This document shows positions 10,801-19,801 of a DNA stretch of 22,805 nt, in pieces (the stretch's first letter is position 1; the number at the start of each line of letters is the position of its first letter). Origin of the DNA: Chiloscyllium plagiosum. Its lineage: Eukaryota. The position numbers and the translations under genes were made by a program. The stretch covers positions 42,637,484 to 42,660,288 of the forward strand of contig NC_057728.1 in the NCBI RefSeq assembly GCF_004010195.1. Direction: 5' to 3'. The notes beneath the pieces are model-generated. The model saw nothing but the letters and a program-made list of their open reading frames with translations, was not told the origin of the DNA and did not search any database.

Positions 10801-13800
10801 CCAACCATCTCTTTTTCAATCAACTTCATTCAATCAGTCATACTATCAGCCTCTAGCTCCCCCCCCCCCCACCCCCACCCCAACATCCTCATTATCACAA
10901 AATAAACAAAGAACTGCAGATGCTGGAGATCTGAAACAAACAATCTAAAAATAGAAATTGCTGGAGAAACTCAGCAGGTGTGGCAGCACCTATGGAAGGA
11001 AACAGAGTCAACACCTCAAGACTCCAATAAAACCAGATCGGACACATTTAATACAGTTTGGGCTTAGATTTGAAATTTCTAACACACTAAGCTCCCATCT
11101 GACCAAACCACAATTCCATCCATTTTGGATGGTAAAATTGGCCATGATGTTCCAAATTAATTAAAAATGAACATAATATTCTGCCAATTGAGAATAAAAA
11201 TCTAAAAAGATGTTAACTTTATTCCCCCGAATGAGACTAAACAGAGGGACATCTTTGCTACAATTGATTTTGGCAATGTGGTGATGCTTTAGAACATAGA
11301 ACATAGAACATAGAACATAGAACAGTACAGGCCTTTTGGCCCTCGATGTTGTGCCGGCCTTTTATCCCACTCTAAGAAATGCTTCCACTTTTTGGGACAA
11401 GTGGAAGCATTTCCTTCCTTAAGTCTTCTCTGGACTGCAGCAAGTGATTGAAGAGCTGGGATATTGGGACCCATTGGAATTGGGGCCATTCTGATTGCCT
11501 CTCTCTGAAGTTAACATCTGTTGGATGGCCAAAGAATTTCAGCTGTTTTATCTCCTCTATTTATTTCCCTATTTATTTATTTAAATCCAAATATTATAAA
11601 TAACAATCTGGTAAATCCTTACTTTTTTAAAAATTGGGTTAATGTTTAGAATAATAATAGTAATCAAGGTATCTTATCTGAATAATTCTGATGATAAATA
11701 AATGGATTTATTAAGATAAATACTTAACATAAAAAATTGTTTCAGAAAAGGCTGATGTCTGCGTATTCCAACGTGTCACTGCATTGAAACCAGGTCAGTC
11801 CCTGGTTCAGCGCCTCGAGGATGACCAATGTTACATTGCAAATTGTTTGCAGAACACAGATCCTGTTGCAGAGTCTCCTTTACTGCAAGTGTCTCTGGTT
11901 AGCTGTTCGGCAAAATGTGAATCTGTAAGTACATATTCATAGTTATTTAAGTTTATTAACTGCAAAACTACACACTGCTGGAAAGTTGTGTTGCATGAGG
12001 TCTTCAGTCAGTTACTATGTTTTGATATATTGAAAAAATTACTAAGTGCTCCATGTATAATCTACTTTCCAAACTATATGCTCTATGACTTTTGCTCTGC
12101 AGCTTTATATTTCTTTGATTTCTCTACAGCATTTGATCTAGTCAGCTATACCATTTTTCGCTGAAATCTCTTTCCAGTTGCCCAACTGTGCGTAAAAGTG
12201 CCATTTCTTAGTTCCATTCCACCTAACCAGAGCCAGATAGATCTCCATTAACCATTCTTCCCAACTCCACACCATCATCTCTACAATCCCCGGTGGTTTG
12301 TGACTGGCTCTGTCTTCTTCCTTTTTTGTCGACTGACCCTTGTGAACTTTCACGTGTCTACCAATGATATATAGTTCTCCATTAAGAGTCATGATCTATT
12401 TCCTGCCTCAGTGTTGTCAGTTTCTTATTTGATCAATATCCAACTTTAGATGAGTTATTTCAATTATTCCAGTTGAATTTTGGGAAAGAACATTAGTCAA
12501 CCATATGGCTTACTACTATCAATCAATCATGCTGTATTGACAATAGTTTTATATTCCTGATTTATCTATTAACTACCATTAAAGGATTTGAATTCATACT
12601 TAGAACGTTAGCTTGGACCTCTTGAAATATGGGCTGTATTTTGCACACTGTTTGGAATTTTTCCACCAGAAGACATCTAAGGACAGTTTTCAAGATGATT
12701 CAAGCAGAAATTAATTTCTCCTATCTAAAATTTGTAATCTGACAATTGGAAAAAAAAAGCCGTGAGCTGAATTTCCCAGCTCATGAACGGTGTGGACAAT
12801 GAAAGTCAGTTGGGAAAATATGGCAAGATTGGAAAACTTAGCTTCTCAACATCGGGGAAAAAGTGTCTGACTTTGCAACCAAAGTTTGAATCATGAGATG
12901 AGCATTTCACTAGTGTGCAAATAATTAACATGTCATCAGTAGCAAATCACATCTGATTTATATGCAGGTTCCCATTCTCCCTCCTGGCAGAAAAAAACTA
13001 AATAATGACAGTTCCCAACATGAAGGTCAGAGTGGCTACCTGGCAACTCCAGCTTGTTGTTTGTTCCTTCAGGCCACCATCATGGATAGCAGTATCTAAT
13101 ATCTTGGCACATGCTCCATGGGCAGTGACCACTTGCACCTCCAATCCATGGAAGTTGGCATCACACATGCACCAGCCTCACCACATCCAGATAGCATATA
13201 TCTGACTCACTTAGAAAATACTTTTCCAATTCATTACTGCACTTTGGAGCAGACTGGCACCTGTCTGTAATGCTGCTGCCAGGACACTTTGTACTGAAGG
13301 ACAGACACCCATATCACGGATTGGACCAGAGTACATCTCAAGGATCTTCACTTACTTTCTTGGTGTTCAACCAGCTTGCACCCTCTAGGCTCCTCACAGC
13401 ACCTCTGCCATGCCATTCCTCACTTTATGTTTGTGCTTTGATGCCTCGTTCAGAATTTGAAGGCTCACAGAACTACTATGTTAATTTGAGATTTAGTGCA
13501 TACACAAAGTCAGGTAGTTTGGCTTGGTTGTCAGCAGTGATCAGTCAAAGGGGTGGATATATTGATGTACAGCACAAATGCCATATTAACATCACATCTA
13601 AAGCCTATGCTCACAACTTACACAGAAAACATAGTGAACGTAAAAGACATCTGTAATCATAGTACCCAGCCTGAAGGGCATGCAGTGTACAGCTGTGTGG
13701 GGATGTGCATTCTGAAAATAAGCAACCTGAATCATGTTGTTGGTCAATTTAAATTGAACGTGGTAATCTCTGTGAAGCAGAAGAAAGTCTCATCTGTTGG

Positions 13801-16800
13801 CCACAATTCAAAAAGACAATCCAAGACCTCATATGGTGCATAAGGGCATGAAGCTGATTTCCTCTCACCTTGAATTGTAAGTTTCTGCCAACAGGCTCTC
13901 ATATGCAATTCAATCTTGCTTGGGTGATATGGATGGTGGGGCGAGGAGAAAAGGTTTCAGTAATCCTATTGCACTTATAATAGAATCCCACAGTATGGAA
14001 ACAGGCCCTTTTTCCCAACAAGTCCACACCAGCCCTCTGAACAGTAGCCCATCCAGACCCATTCCCCTACCCTATTATCCTAAATTTACCCCTGACCACT
14101 GCACCTAACGTACCCATCCTTGAACACTATGGGCAATGTAGCATGGCCAATTCACCTAACCTGCACATCTTTGGATTGTGGGAGGAAACCAGAGCACCCG
14201 AAGGAAACCCATACAGACTCAGGGAGAATGTGCAAACTCCACACAGACAGCCCTCCGAGGCTGGAATCAAACCCAGGTCCCTGGCGCTGTAAGGCAGCAG
14301 TGCTAACCACTGAGCCACCGTGCCGCCAGGTAATTAATAATCTTCTCGAGTATTTGTGTCAATGGTTTGTGCTGTATTCATCAGAATATGGTCTCCTCAG
14401 TCAGAAGTCCATGAAGAGACATTCCCAAGCCCAACTGGTTTTCCCACAATATGGAGGACTATGTCAAGTTGCTATGTTTGGGTGATCGAACTGCTGACTG
14501 CTCACATAACTAAGAAACTGCTCTGTTTCTAATATTCCCACATGGTTCATTGGCACTGTGATCAATGTATCCAGTTGCAGCAGGGGTTATCATCACTGTG
14601 GCCGTGGTGCTATGGAGATGCGGTGAATTTGAGGAAGTACGGATGTGCCAGCAAGTTCAGGATCAGCAGTAACATCCAGTGGAGCCCGATTGGTCTCCAC
14701 AGAGACTGGACCTCAGAAGTCTGCGCATGACGAGAAACTTAGAGGGAGTGTAGAATGGGGCCCAATCACTGATCAATGCTATTGCTGGTGAGGAACCTAT
14801 GGACTGAAGGGATGGGTGGCCATCTTATCCCAGTGGTTGTCAACATGACGGTTCAACTAAAGTTTTATGCAATTAGTCACTTGCAAAAATTCACAAGGGA
14901 CCCTTGATCTACAAAGGTACCGAGCCTGTTACTGATGCAATTTGTGCCAGATCACATTGCTTCATCTGCTTTCAATGTGATAAGGTCAGTGTTGTATTCC
15001 AGGCAGTAGGCTTTGTCAATATAGCTGGCTTCCCCCAGGTGTAGGCCACTGTAAACATGATATAACATAACGCAGCTGATTTCATCATCTGAAAGGATTT
15101 CCATTTCATCAGTGTACAATTCATCTGTGATCATCAGTACCACACCTGAGGTTTGCATCATGTATTCTGGAATCTTCCATGAGGTCTATATTCTTGAGAA
15201 CTGTTAGATTCCTGCTTCATTCTAAAAGCTGGATGCCTACCAAGGATGGTTAATGGGAAGTAAGAGCTACCATTGCAACTGTGGTTGATGACTGTATTAC
15301 ACAATTCCATGAGTGTCCAAGAAATGTAGCCCATTATTTTACCAGCACCATTGTACAGCAGAAAATAGGGCTGGTGAAGATGAGTTTTCAATGCTTGGAT
15401 CCACCTGGAGGCTTTATGCAATACAGTTCAGACGAAGTGCACTGTGTAAGTCTAGCAAAGCTGTGCTCTGCATGACTGGTTCAGGCAAATAGGAGACCGA
15501 AAAGCTAGGAGAGAGACAACAGTCTTCTGAGGAGGAAGATGAGGCTATTGAGAAGGAGAAGCATCACCTTCAACATGATAGAGTAGTACTGCATTGTACG
15601 CAACAAAGCAGATGGCACTTAATTGGCACCAGGTTCCAATGGATGTGAGCTGGGTACATTGTTCAGGCATTGAATGTAATATTTTTCTGAAAAAACAAAG
15701 CAGTCCTGAATTTTTTTCCCAGAAGAAAATGCAGGTTTCTTTTCCTTTGCTATTGTTCCATAAAAGTTAATGTTTTCAACTATTTCAAGGCTTTCCATCA
15801 TGTAATGGTTTCGCTTTGAATAATGAAAGTATGTTATGCTATGCTGGGCATTAGTGAAAGAGTAGACAGGATTCCAAGGTGGCATGGTGCTAAGGGAAGG
15901 TAGTCTGTGAAGCTCAAATCTTTTAACTGTAATTACAATGATGGTCAATAAGACAGATTATAACAATACATAACAAAATAACAATACATTTATGAATGGG
16001 AGCTTGTGTTTGTAATGAAGTGTCAGCTATTCCTCCAATATCTTCAAAAGCTTTTAATTTTTGTTCCCCTCCCACTATGTGCAATGTGAAGGACAGCTCG
16101 TGGCTGACAGCCTTGACCTGGGTTCATGACTGATCTTGAAATAGAGTGCTGGCAGGAGTTCTGGGAGATACCCACAGTGGAGAGTACTTCCACCATTTCT
16201 GACTGCATGATAGCATGAGTGTGGTACTATATTGTTGATTTTTGATAAAATTCTGCTCTAGATGCCAGACAGCTTCTCCTTCTCTGCAAAAAATAAGGTA
16301 TTGGGTGGTTTTTCAAGTAAATGACAGAAACCTCGCTTGCATCCTGGAGAGCCAGTGAGAGCACTATGCCACCTCTTCTCATGAAGGTGACTGAATTAAA
16401 TGACAATCAGGCATTTTACTGGACAGCTGACAGTGGGGGGTTGGTGACGATTCGCCATGGCACATTCGCCGCCGCCGATTAGCCACTGCTGGTTCACCAC
16501 CAGCGTTTCTCCACTGGGGTCGTTTCACCTCTGAAAACTATTCGCCTCCGGAAATATATATATATATATATATATGGACTGATTGTTTCTCCTCCCGCCT
16601 GTTCTTTCATACCTCTCAGTCCCCTTTATTTATACAAGTACATACTACATATTGATAAAAAAAAAGAGGTAAAATAAATATCATTTTTTTGGTTTATATA
16701 TAAAAATGAGTTACAAACTTTAACCAGAAAAAGGAAATATATTTTAAAATCTTTATAGTGGCAGTAAAATCTCACATTAATATTAAACAATGAAATTTCA

Positions 16801-18748
16801 GTTCATTTGATAGTTATGCACTATTCCTCTAAGATATTCCAAATAATCTCTTTCGCCGTATTCAAACACATTTTTTTTAAATTCTATCATCTGCGTCTCG
16901 ATACTTTTTTAGCTTTATTTGTGGTGGGTAACCCGCTATCAGCTGTTCCATTTATAAATCACGCCCCTTTTGCACTTTCATTAACCTTCCAATACATTTT
17001 CGAATGGTTGGGTGGTGAGCTCCGAGTTCAAAAGCAATTCTCCGATGAGCGGCTTCAGCCTGATTATTTTTGCAATCTTCATCGTTTGTTGTTGTCTCAT
17101 AGACTGACCACATATCATGTTGAAACAAAGGTGCCCTTCGGCTACTGCCTCGTCTATTGTAGAGTCCAATATAATTACATTCAAACCAATCTAGTATTGG
17201 TTGTAGTTCTTGAGGCAAAAAAATCTGCAAGTGCTTCTATGTAGTTATCAAGGTTACTATGTGGCACAAAAGCCAAAGCAACTTTCGTTTTTGCTTTTAA
17301 AGCATAATCAGGATTGGTGTGTTGACGAGTTGCTCCAACTGCAGCAATATGTCTGTACATACTTTGCGCCAAATGAAAGAAACAGCCCCTAATTCTAACT
17401 TCAGGAAAAACATTCTCTCATAGCACTGATAGCTGCCTGCTCAAAGTCACAATGGATATACTGTGGTCTGGATTAGGTACCAAGGACTTCACTATTTCAA
17501 ACCTGCATACATACGTTGAACGCTGCTTATTTGGTAGAAATATATACAATATTGGATGAACCCCATCAAATCATTTTCCTAAAATACAATATACTTGAGA
17601 GAATAAAATAGGGGTTATGTTGAATGTACCATCCACAAACCAGGTGGATTCCGCTAAATTATGTATCCAAGATTCCCTACCAAATATGATTATTCGATTA
17701 CTTCCTTGACCACTATCCGCCAAAACAAATTTTTCTTCTGGTCCGTTATCCAGCTTATATACTTTGTATCTAATTGGAATCCCCAAATGCTGAAGATCAG
17801 TAGGGTTTGGTGGCACTAAACTAATATCATTCCTTTTTCGTCGAATTATTTTCTTCATGCTGCTTGTCGTCGGTAAAGATGATAGGACTGACTGGGGGAC
17901 ATCAGCTACACATTCGTTAATAAGAACAGTAGGAACTTCCTGCGATTCTTCTGCACGACGTTTTAAACTTGTTTTCACTTTCGCAACTTGGACACTTGCT
18001 GCGGAAGGAGAATGTGTGTGTCCATTAATTGTTTTTATCACAGTGCCACTCTTGGTGTGGATCCATCCATTGCATCGGCCCCTTTGTTCACATCGCCAAA
18101 ACTTAATAATTGAATCACTCTTGGATAGTTTATCAAAATTATATATCAAACCATCGTGGTAAAACTTCTTATTTCCATGTTTACTAATAATATCTGTTTC
18201 CATACTAAAAATTCCTGTTCCAAAAACCAAAATTGGTGCGGTGGTGAACTGGCGAATCGTCTTCAGTGGCACGGTGGTGAATTGTCCTCAGTGGCCAATG
18301 GGCGGTGGTGAATCATCCTCGGCGATGAAAGGGCAGTGGCTAATCAACGGTGGCAAATGGTCCCATCCCGGACATTGGGAGCTACCAGCTCTTCATTGCT
18401 CAGCTGTGCCACAAAAAATAATTCTGATCACTCTTGTGTACTGGTTATTTATTAACTTCAGTGTTTAGCTTTATCAAACTAAAAACCTGATAAAGTAAAC
18501 TATTAATTCCAATCAACATGATTTAGGAAAACACTGAAATAAAGCAGTCTCTTTATATAAAGAATTGGTGTCATTTTCTTTTGGCTTTGTCAACCGTGAA
18601 ATTTTTGTACAATTAAACTTTTATGCTCTATTACACTAATCAACAGAATCAAGTCTATATTCCTTCATCTGATCCTCATGTTTGCTGTGGAACTTGTAAG
18701 AATATGTCGTGCACTTTTGAAGAAGATGGAAGCATTGCTTTGTATAAT
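1769..18748 (+). CDS. OTOGL: Otogelin-like protein, partial multi-exon CDS: join(1769-1873,2414-2521,3673-3774,5640-5744,6593-6633,9230-9293,11746-11924,18647-18748). Encodes the C-terminal Cys-rich region; gene extends beyond both window edges
   Basis: All eight exons have AG/GT boundaries and compatible phases, giving 806 nt with no stop: ECNLTICGTDVLTCENGDKLVIGYSAISCCPEYRC-ECDPLACPTSSPPICREDQFLVEVRKDDSCCFSFQC-VCESCIDPIPICNEGDVLAVDLNTTDRCCPSYHC-VCDENLCRPPDKICTDGTKLVKKPVSGICCPDWQC-VCKCENSTIVSCQV-GEVLTEDLDFQNICGCTRLIC-KKADVCVFQRVTALKPGQSLVQRLEDDQCYIANCLQNTDPVAESPLLQVSLVSCSAKCES-NQVYIPSSDPHVCCGTCKNMSCTFEEDGSIALYN. Colinear with my recollection of vertebrate OTOGL (CREDQF, VCESC, VDLNxT, DVCVFQ, PGQS, CCGTCKN) and closer to it than to OTOG. 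Confidence 0.9.
2414..2521 (+). CDS. OTOGL: OTOGL coding exon B (108 nt, phase 1-1)
   Basis: tttgcttacag|AATGT...CAGTGTG|gtaaga; ECDPLACPTSSPPICREDQFLVEVRKDDSCCFSFQC. Confidence 0.92.
3673..3774 (+). CDS. OTOGL: OTOGL coding exon C (102 nt, phase 1-1)
   Basis: tttccaattcag|TGTGT...CATTGTG|gtaagt; VCESCIDPIPICNEGDVLAVDLNTTDRCCPSYHC. Confidence 0.92.
4139..5030 (-). mobile_element. CR1-type LINE, 5'-truncated 3' fragment (ORF2 C-terminus plus 3' UTR)
   Basis: Minus ORF 4646-5029 reads LRLYSILVSPRLEYCVQFCSPSYREDIIKRERVQKRCTRTLPGMEGLRYKGRLDRLGLF, a typical CR1 ORF2 C-terminus. The CR1 3' tail lies near 4140-4190. Confidence 0.9.
4464..4673. repeat. Perfect 76-bp direct repeat (4464-4539, 4598-4673) enclosing a 58-bp Penelope-like terminal stub (4540-4597)
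   Basis: The two copies are identical base by base. The insert is TCGAGGAGAAAGTGAGGTCTGCAGATGCTGGAGATCAAAGTTGAAACTTTATTGCTGG. Confidence 0.9.
5640..5744 (+). CDS. OTOGL: OTOGL coding exon D (105 nt, phase 1-1)
   Basis: Long pyrimidine tract, taatttcag|TCTGT...CAGTGTG|gtaact; VCDENLCRPPDKICTDGTKLVKKPVSGICCPDWQC. Confidence 0.92.
5767..5868 (-). mobile_element. Degenerate 3' tail of a CR1/L2-like LINE (same family as 7717-8480), probably resuming at ~6481-6505
   Basis: GCAGCATTTGTTGCCTGCCCCTAAGATGACCCTGAGAAGACAGTGGTGAGC resembles GCCAGCATTAATTGCCCATCCC...TTCAGAAGGGGATGGTAAACTGCCTTCTTG at ~7758-7817. GTCGTCTTGAAATGTTACAGTCCAT at 6481 looks like the continuation. Confidence 0.5.
5875..6480 (-). 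mobile_element. Degenerate CR1-type LINE 3' fragment
   Basis: The 3' tail (TTAGGAGTAAGAGGAGGCCATTCAACCCC...CATTCAATAAGATCAT) resembles 20550-20615. CAAACTGCTTACAGTACTCC...TCACCAATGCC is the antisense of the CR1 LEYCVQF region. Confidence 0.75.
6593..6633 (+). CDS. OTOGL: OTOGL coding exon E (41 nt, phase 1-0)
   Basis: ttttattttacag|TCTGC...CAGGTG|gtaagt; VCKCENSTIVSCQV. Confidence 0.88.
7717..8480 (-). mobile_element. Degenerate non-LTR retrotransposon (CR1/L2-like) 3' fragment
   Basis: The minus strand of ~8110-8220 gives QVRRVMVYSQLFWISTAPITLKVLDIIQDKTAQLIS, a decayed match to the YKAQVRSVMEYSPLAWMSAAPTTLKKLDTIQDKAARLIG-type ORF2 C-terminus. Ends approximate. Confidence 0.7.
9230..9293 (+). 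CDS. OTOGL: OTOGL coding exon F (64 nt, phase 0-1)
   Basis: aaaattcag|GGAGAA...ATCTGCA|gtgagt; GEVLTEDLDFQNICGCTRLIC. Confidence 0.88.
9369..10815 (-). mobile_element. CR1-type LINE ORF2 internal fragment (degenerate RT)
   Basis: Minus ORFs contain VLQGFVLDPLLFII...GGMVNKFADD (decayed PQGSVLGP and FADD motifs), LHFGKENQGSTYTVN...QRDLGVQIHNSL and EILNKYFMSVFT...LKVDKSP. Multiple stops and frameshifts. Confidence 0.9.
10898..11030 (-). mobile_element. Penelope-derived terminal repeat fragment (same family as 4034-4138)
   Basis: CTGCAGATGCTGGAGATCTGAAAC...TGCTGGAGAAACTCAGCAGGTGTGGCAGCACC aligns by eye with 4044-4111. Confidence 0.65.
11290..11378 (-). mobile_element. Very short CR1 3'-end stub with (TAGAACA)5 tail and candidate 6-bp TSD ATGCTT
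   Basis: Five exact 7-mers at 11290-11324 are followed by GTACAGGCCTTTTGGCCC (CR1 3' stem-loop-like). ATGCTT occurs at 11284-11289 and 11379-11384. Confidence 0.7.
11746..11924 (+). CDS. OTOGL: OTOGL coding exon G (179 nt, phase 1-0)
   Basis: ttgtttcag|AAAAG...GAATCT|gtaagt; KKADVCVFQRVTALKPGQSLVQRLEDDQCYIANCLQNTDPVAESPLLQVSLVSCSAKCES. Confidence 0.92.
13977..14327 (-). mobile_element. tRNA-derived SINE, HE1/V-SINE-like
   Basis: The minus strand starts GGCGGCACGGTGGCTCAGTGGTTAGCACTGCTGCC (A-box) with a decayed B-box GGGTTTGATTCC. It has the central TGTGTGGAGTTTGCACATTCTCCC domain and a CR1-like 3' tail. Homologous to 19802-20105. Confidence 0.9.
14700..15560 (+). pseudogene. Highly decayed PIF/Harbinger (HARBI1-like) DDE transposase
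   Basis: Colinear remnants across frames: GGHLIPVVVNMTVQLKFYA (~14815), FVNIAGFPQV (~15012), KDFHFISVQFICDHQ (~15093), VCIMYSGIFHEVYIL, GWLMGSKSY/LWLMT, and TIVQQKIGLVKMSFQCLDPPGGFMQYS (ORF 15281-15475). These match recalled Harbinger motifs GFPxV, KGFHSINVQxxCDH, PGSxHD, GWLLGDxGYPL and IEQTIGLLKMRFRCLDRSGGALQYSP. Boundaries approximate. Confidence 0.8.
16450..16549 (+). repeat. Left subterminal repeat array of the MULE (ATTCRCCAC-like x7)
   Basis: Motif starts at 16450, 16464, 16478, 16492, 16506, 16523 and 16540. Confidence 0.8.
16554..16575. repeat. (AT)11 microsatellite inside the MULE, just inside its left repeat array
   Basis: Direct reading. Confidence 0.9.
16798..18203 (-). pseudogene. 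Intronless FLYWCH zinc finger + MULE DDE transposase (~468 codons), disrupted
   Basis: ATG at 18203. FLYWCH-type FYHDGLIY...FWRCEQRGRC...HTH; WFVDGTF (D at 17631-17633); CDFE (D at 17446-17448); GCFFHLAQ (CxxH); NNQAEAAH (E at 17054-17056); C-terminal LEYLRGIVHN with TGA at 16798-16800. Stops at 17571-17573 and 16952-16954; frameshifts near 17470, 17408, 17220 and 16875. Confidence 0.9.
18241..18358 (-). repeat. Right subterminal repeat array of the MULE (inverted, GTGGYGAAT-like)
   Basis: Motif starts at 18241, ~18250, 18274, 18291, 18305, 18322, 18336 and 18350. Confidence 0.8.
18647..18748 (+). CDS. OTOGL: OTOGL coding exon H (102 nt, phase 0-0)
   Basis: aatcaacag|AATCAA...TATAAT|gtaagt; NQVYIPSSDPHVCCGTCKNMSCTFEEDGSIALYN. 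Confidence 0.92.
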
Positions 18749-19659
18749 GTAAGTCGACTTAATTTTTGTATTATCTCAGTGCATAAAATGAAAAGGAAAA
18801 TTACAATGAGCATGTAAATCATGGTCTGAGCTAGACTGAATTTTCAACCAGGTATAAGAGTCCTGATTTTGGACCCATAAGATTTGCTGAGCCTGACAAT
18901 GTTGTCAGCTTGGCTCATGGTGCAATCTTCTCATATCCAGCCAGTTTTTTTTTAATTGGGTACCTTGGACCTTGTAATTGTCATTCCTATTAAAGATGAT
19001 GGTGTTAAACACCAGGGCTTGAAGGTTGGTCACACTGAGTCCTGATATGCTTTTTTAATCAAAGTTTTATTTCAACTTACACATCGCAAAACTCCTAATG
19101 TGTTGATTATGGTTCTCCATATGTATCTGATGAATGGTATTAAATGATAACAGGGGGCAGATTGCTGAGACTGCTGGCCCAATGAGAGAGGTGGAATCTA
19201 CTGAGGCAGACAGGCAAGTCCAGTGGCATCTAAACCTGAAGGCACCCTTGGTGCCTGCATAAACTTATCACATAATGAGGCTGAGGTAGGTAGGCCATCA
19301 GAGTGGAGAGAGTGAAGAATGATGTAATTCCAACTTCTCATCCCTGCAACCCCCAATGGCCATTCAGCCAGCTGCAAAGAGGCCAAGTACATTGTTCTGG
19401 TGACCTCCTCCAATGGTAGGAATATTTTGTGCAGAATTGAGCCCCCACTTTCTGAAGCAGCGCCTCTGTGGCAAGTGAGCTGGTGTAATCTGCCTCCAAG
19501 ATATACAACACCTTGGGGCAACTTCTCCAACAGGTTACAGTTCAGACCATCCTCCAAGAAATAATATTGTGGATCAGCAAGACCTTGCAATCCAATCTCT
19601 AAGAGCGGGAGAAAAATACCAATGGTGCATAAAATGGTTCCCAACCATGCCTCAATTAG

Positions 19660-19737
19660 CTACCTGCTCAAGTGCCATTAGGGACGGGCAGCAAATGCCC
19701 GCCAAGCTGGTGATGCCCACAAACTATAATTGAATTA
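19660..19737 (+). mobile_element. Short 3' tail of the CR1/L2-like family
   Basis: CTCAAGTGCCATTAGGGACGGGCAGCAAATGC...GATGCCCACA is roughly the reverse complement of the tail at ~7738-7790. Confidence 0.5.
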
Positions 19738-19801
19738 CAAAATACTCTGTGGGGTGGCAGACAGCTAAATCTGGTTGGAAAGCAACTGGAGACAGGAATA
19801 T

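Larger units (their letters stand above)
16438..18370 (-). mobile_element. Mutator-superfamily (MULE, Phantom-like) DNA transposon, ~1.93 kb, apparently complete
   Basis: Carries a FLYWCH+MULE transposase remnant. Imperfect inverted termini: left GGGGTTGGTGACGATTCGCCA vs right reverse complement CGGGATGGGACCATTTGCCA, with a shared GATTAGCCACTGC. Flanks are GACAGTGGG (16429-16437) and GACATTGGG (18371-18379). Ends uncertain by about 1 bp. Confidence 0.9.

Noticed and set aside
14618..14660. LRKYGCASKF, resembling an RTE-clade RT motif
   Set aside because: Isolated short match with no flanking RT motifs; likely coincidental.
15281..15475. Host HARBI1 gene
   Set aside because: Numerous stops and frameshifts, eroded catalytic motifs and no exon structure indicate a transposon fossil.
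17571..18272. 233-aa ORF as a functional or domesticated FLYWCH gene
   Set aside because: It ends at a premature TGA just after the first catalytic Asp. The remaining transposase continues with stops and frameshifts, and termini and TSD are retained, so it is a decaying transposon. The likely true start is the ATG at 18203.
16450..18358. Regularly spaced short repeats next to a nuclease-fold ORF, superficially CRISPR-like
   Set aside because: The repeats are ~9 bp with 5-8 bp spacers, inverted between the two ends, and flank a MULE transposase in a eukaryotic intron. They are transposon subterminal repeats.
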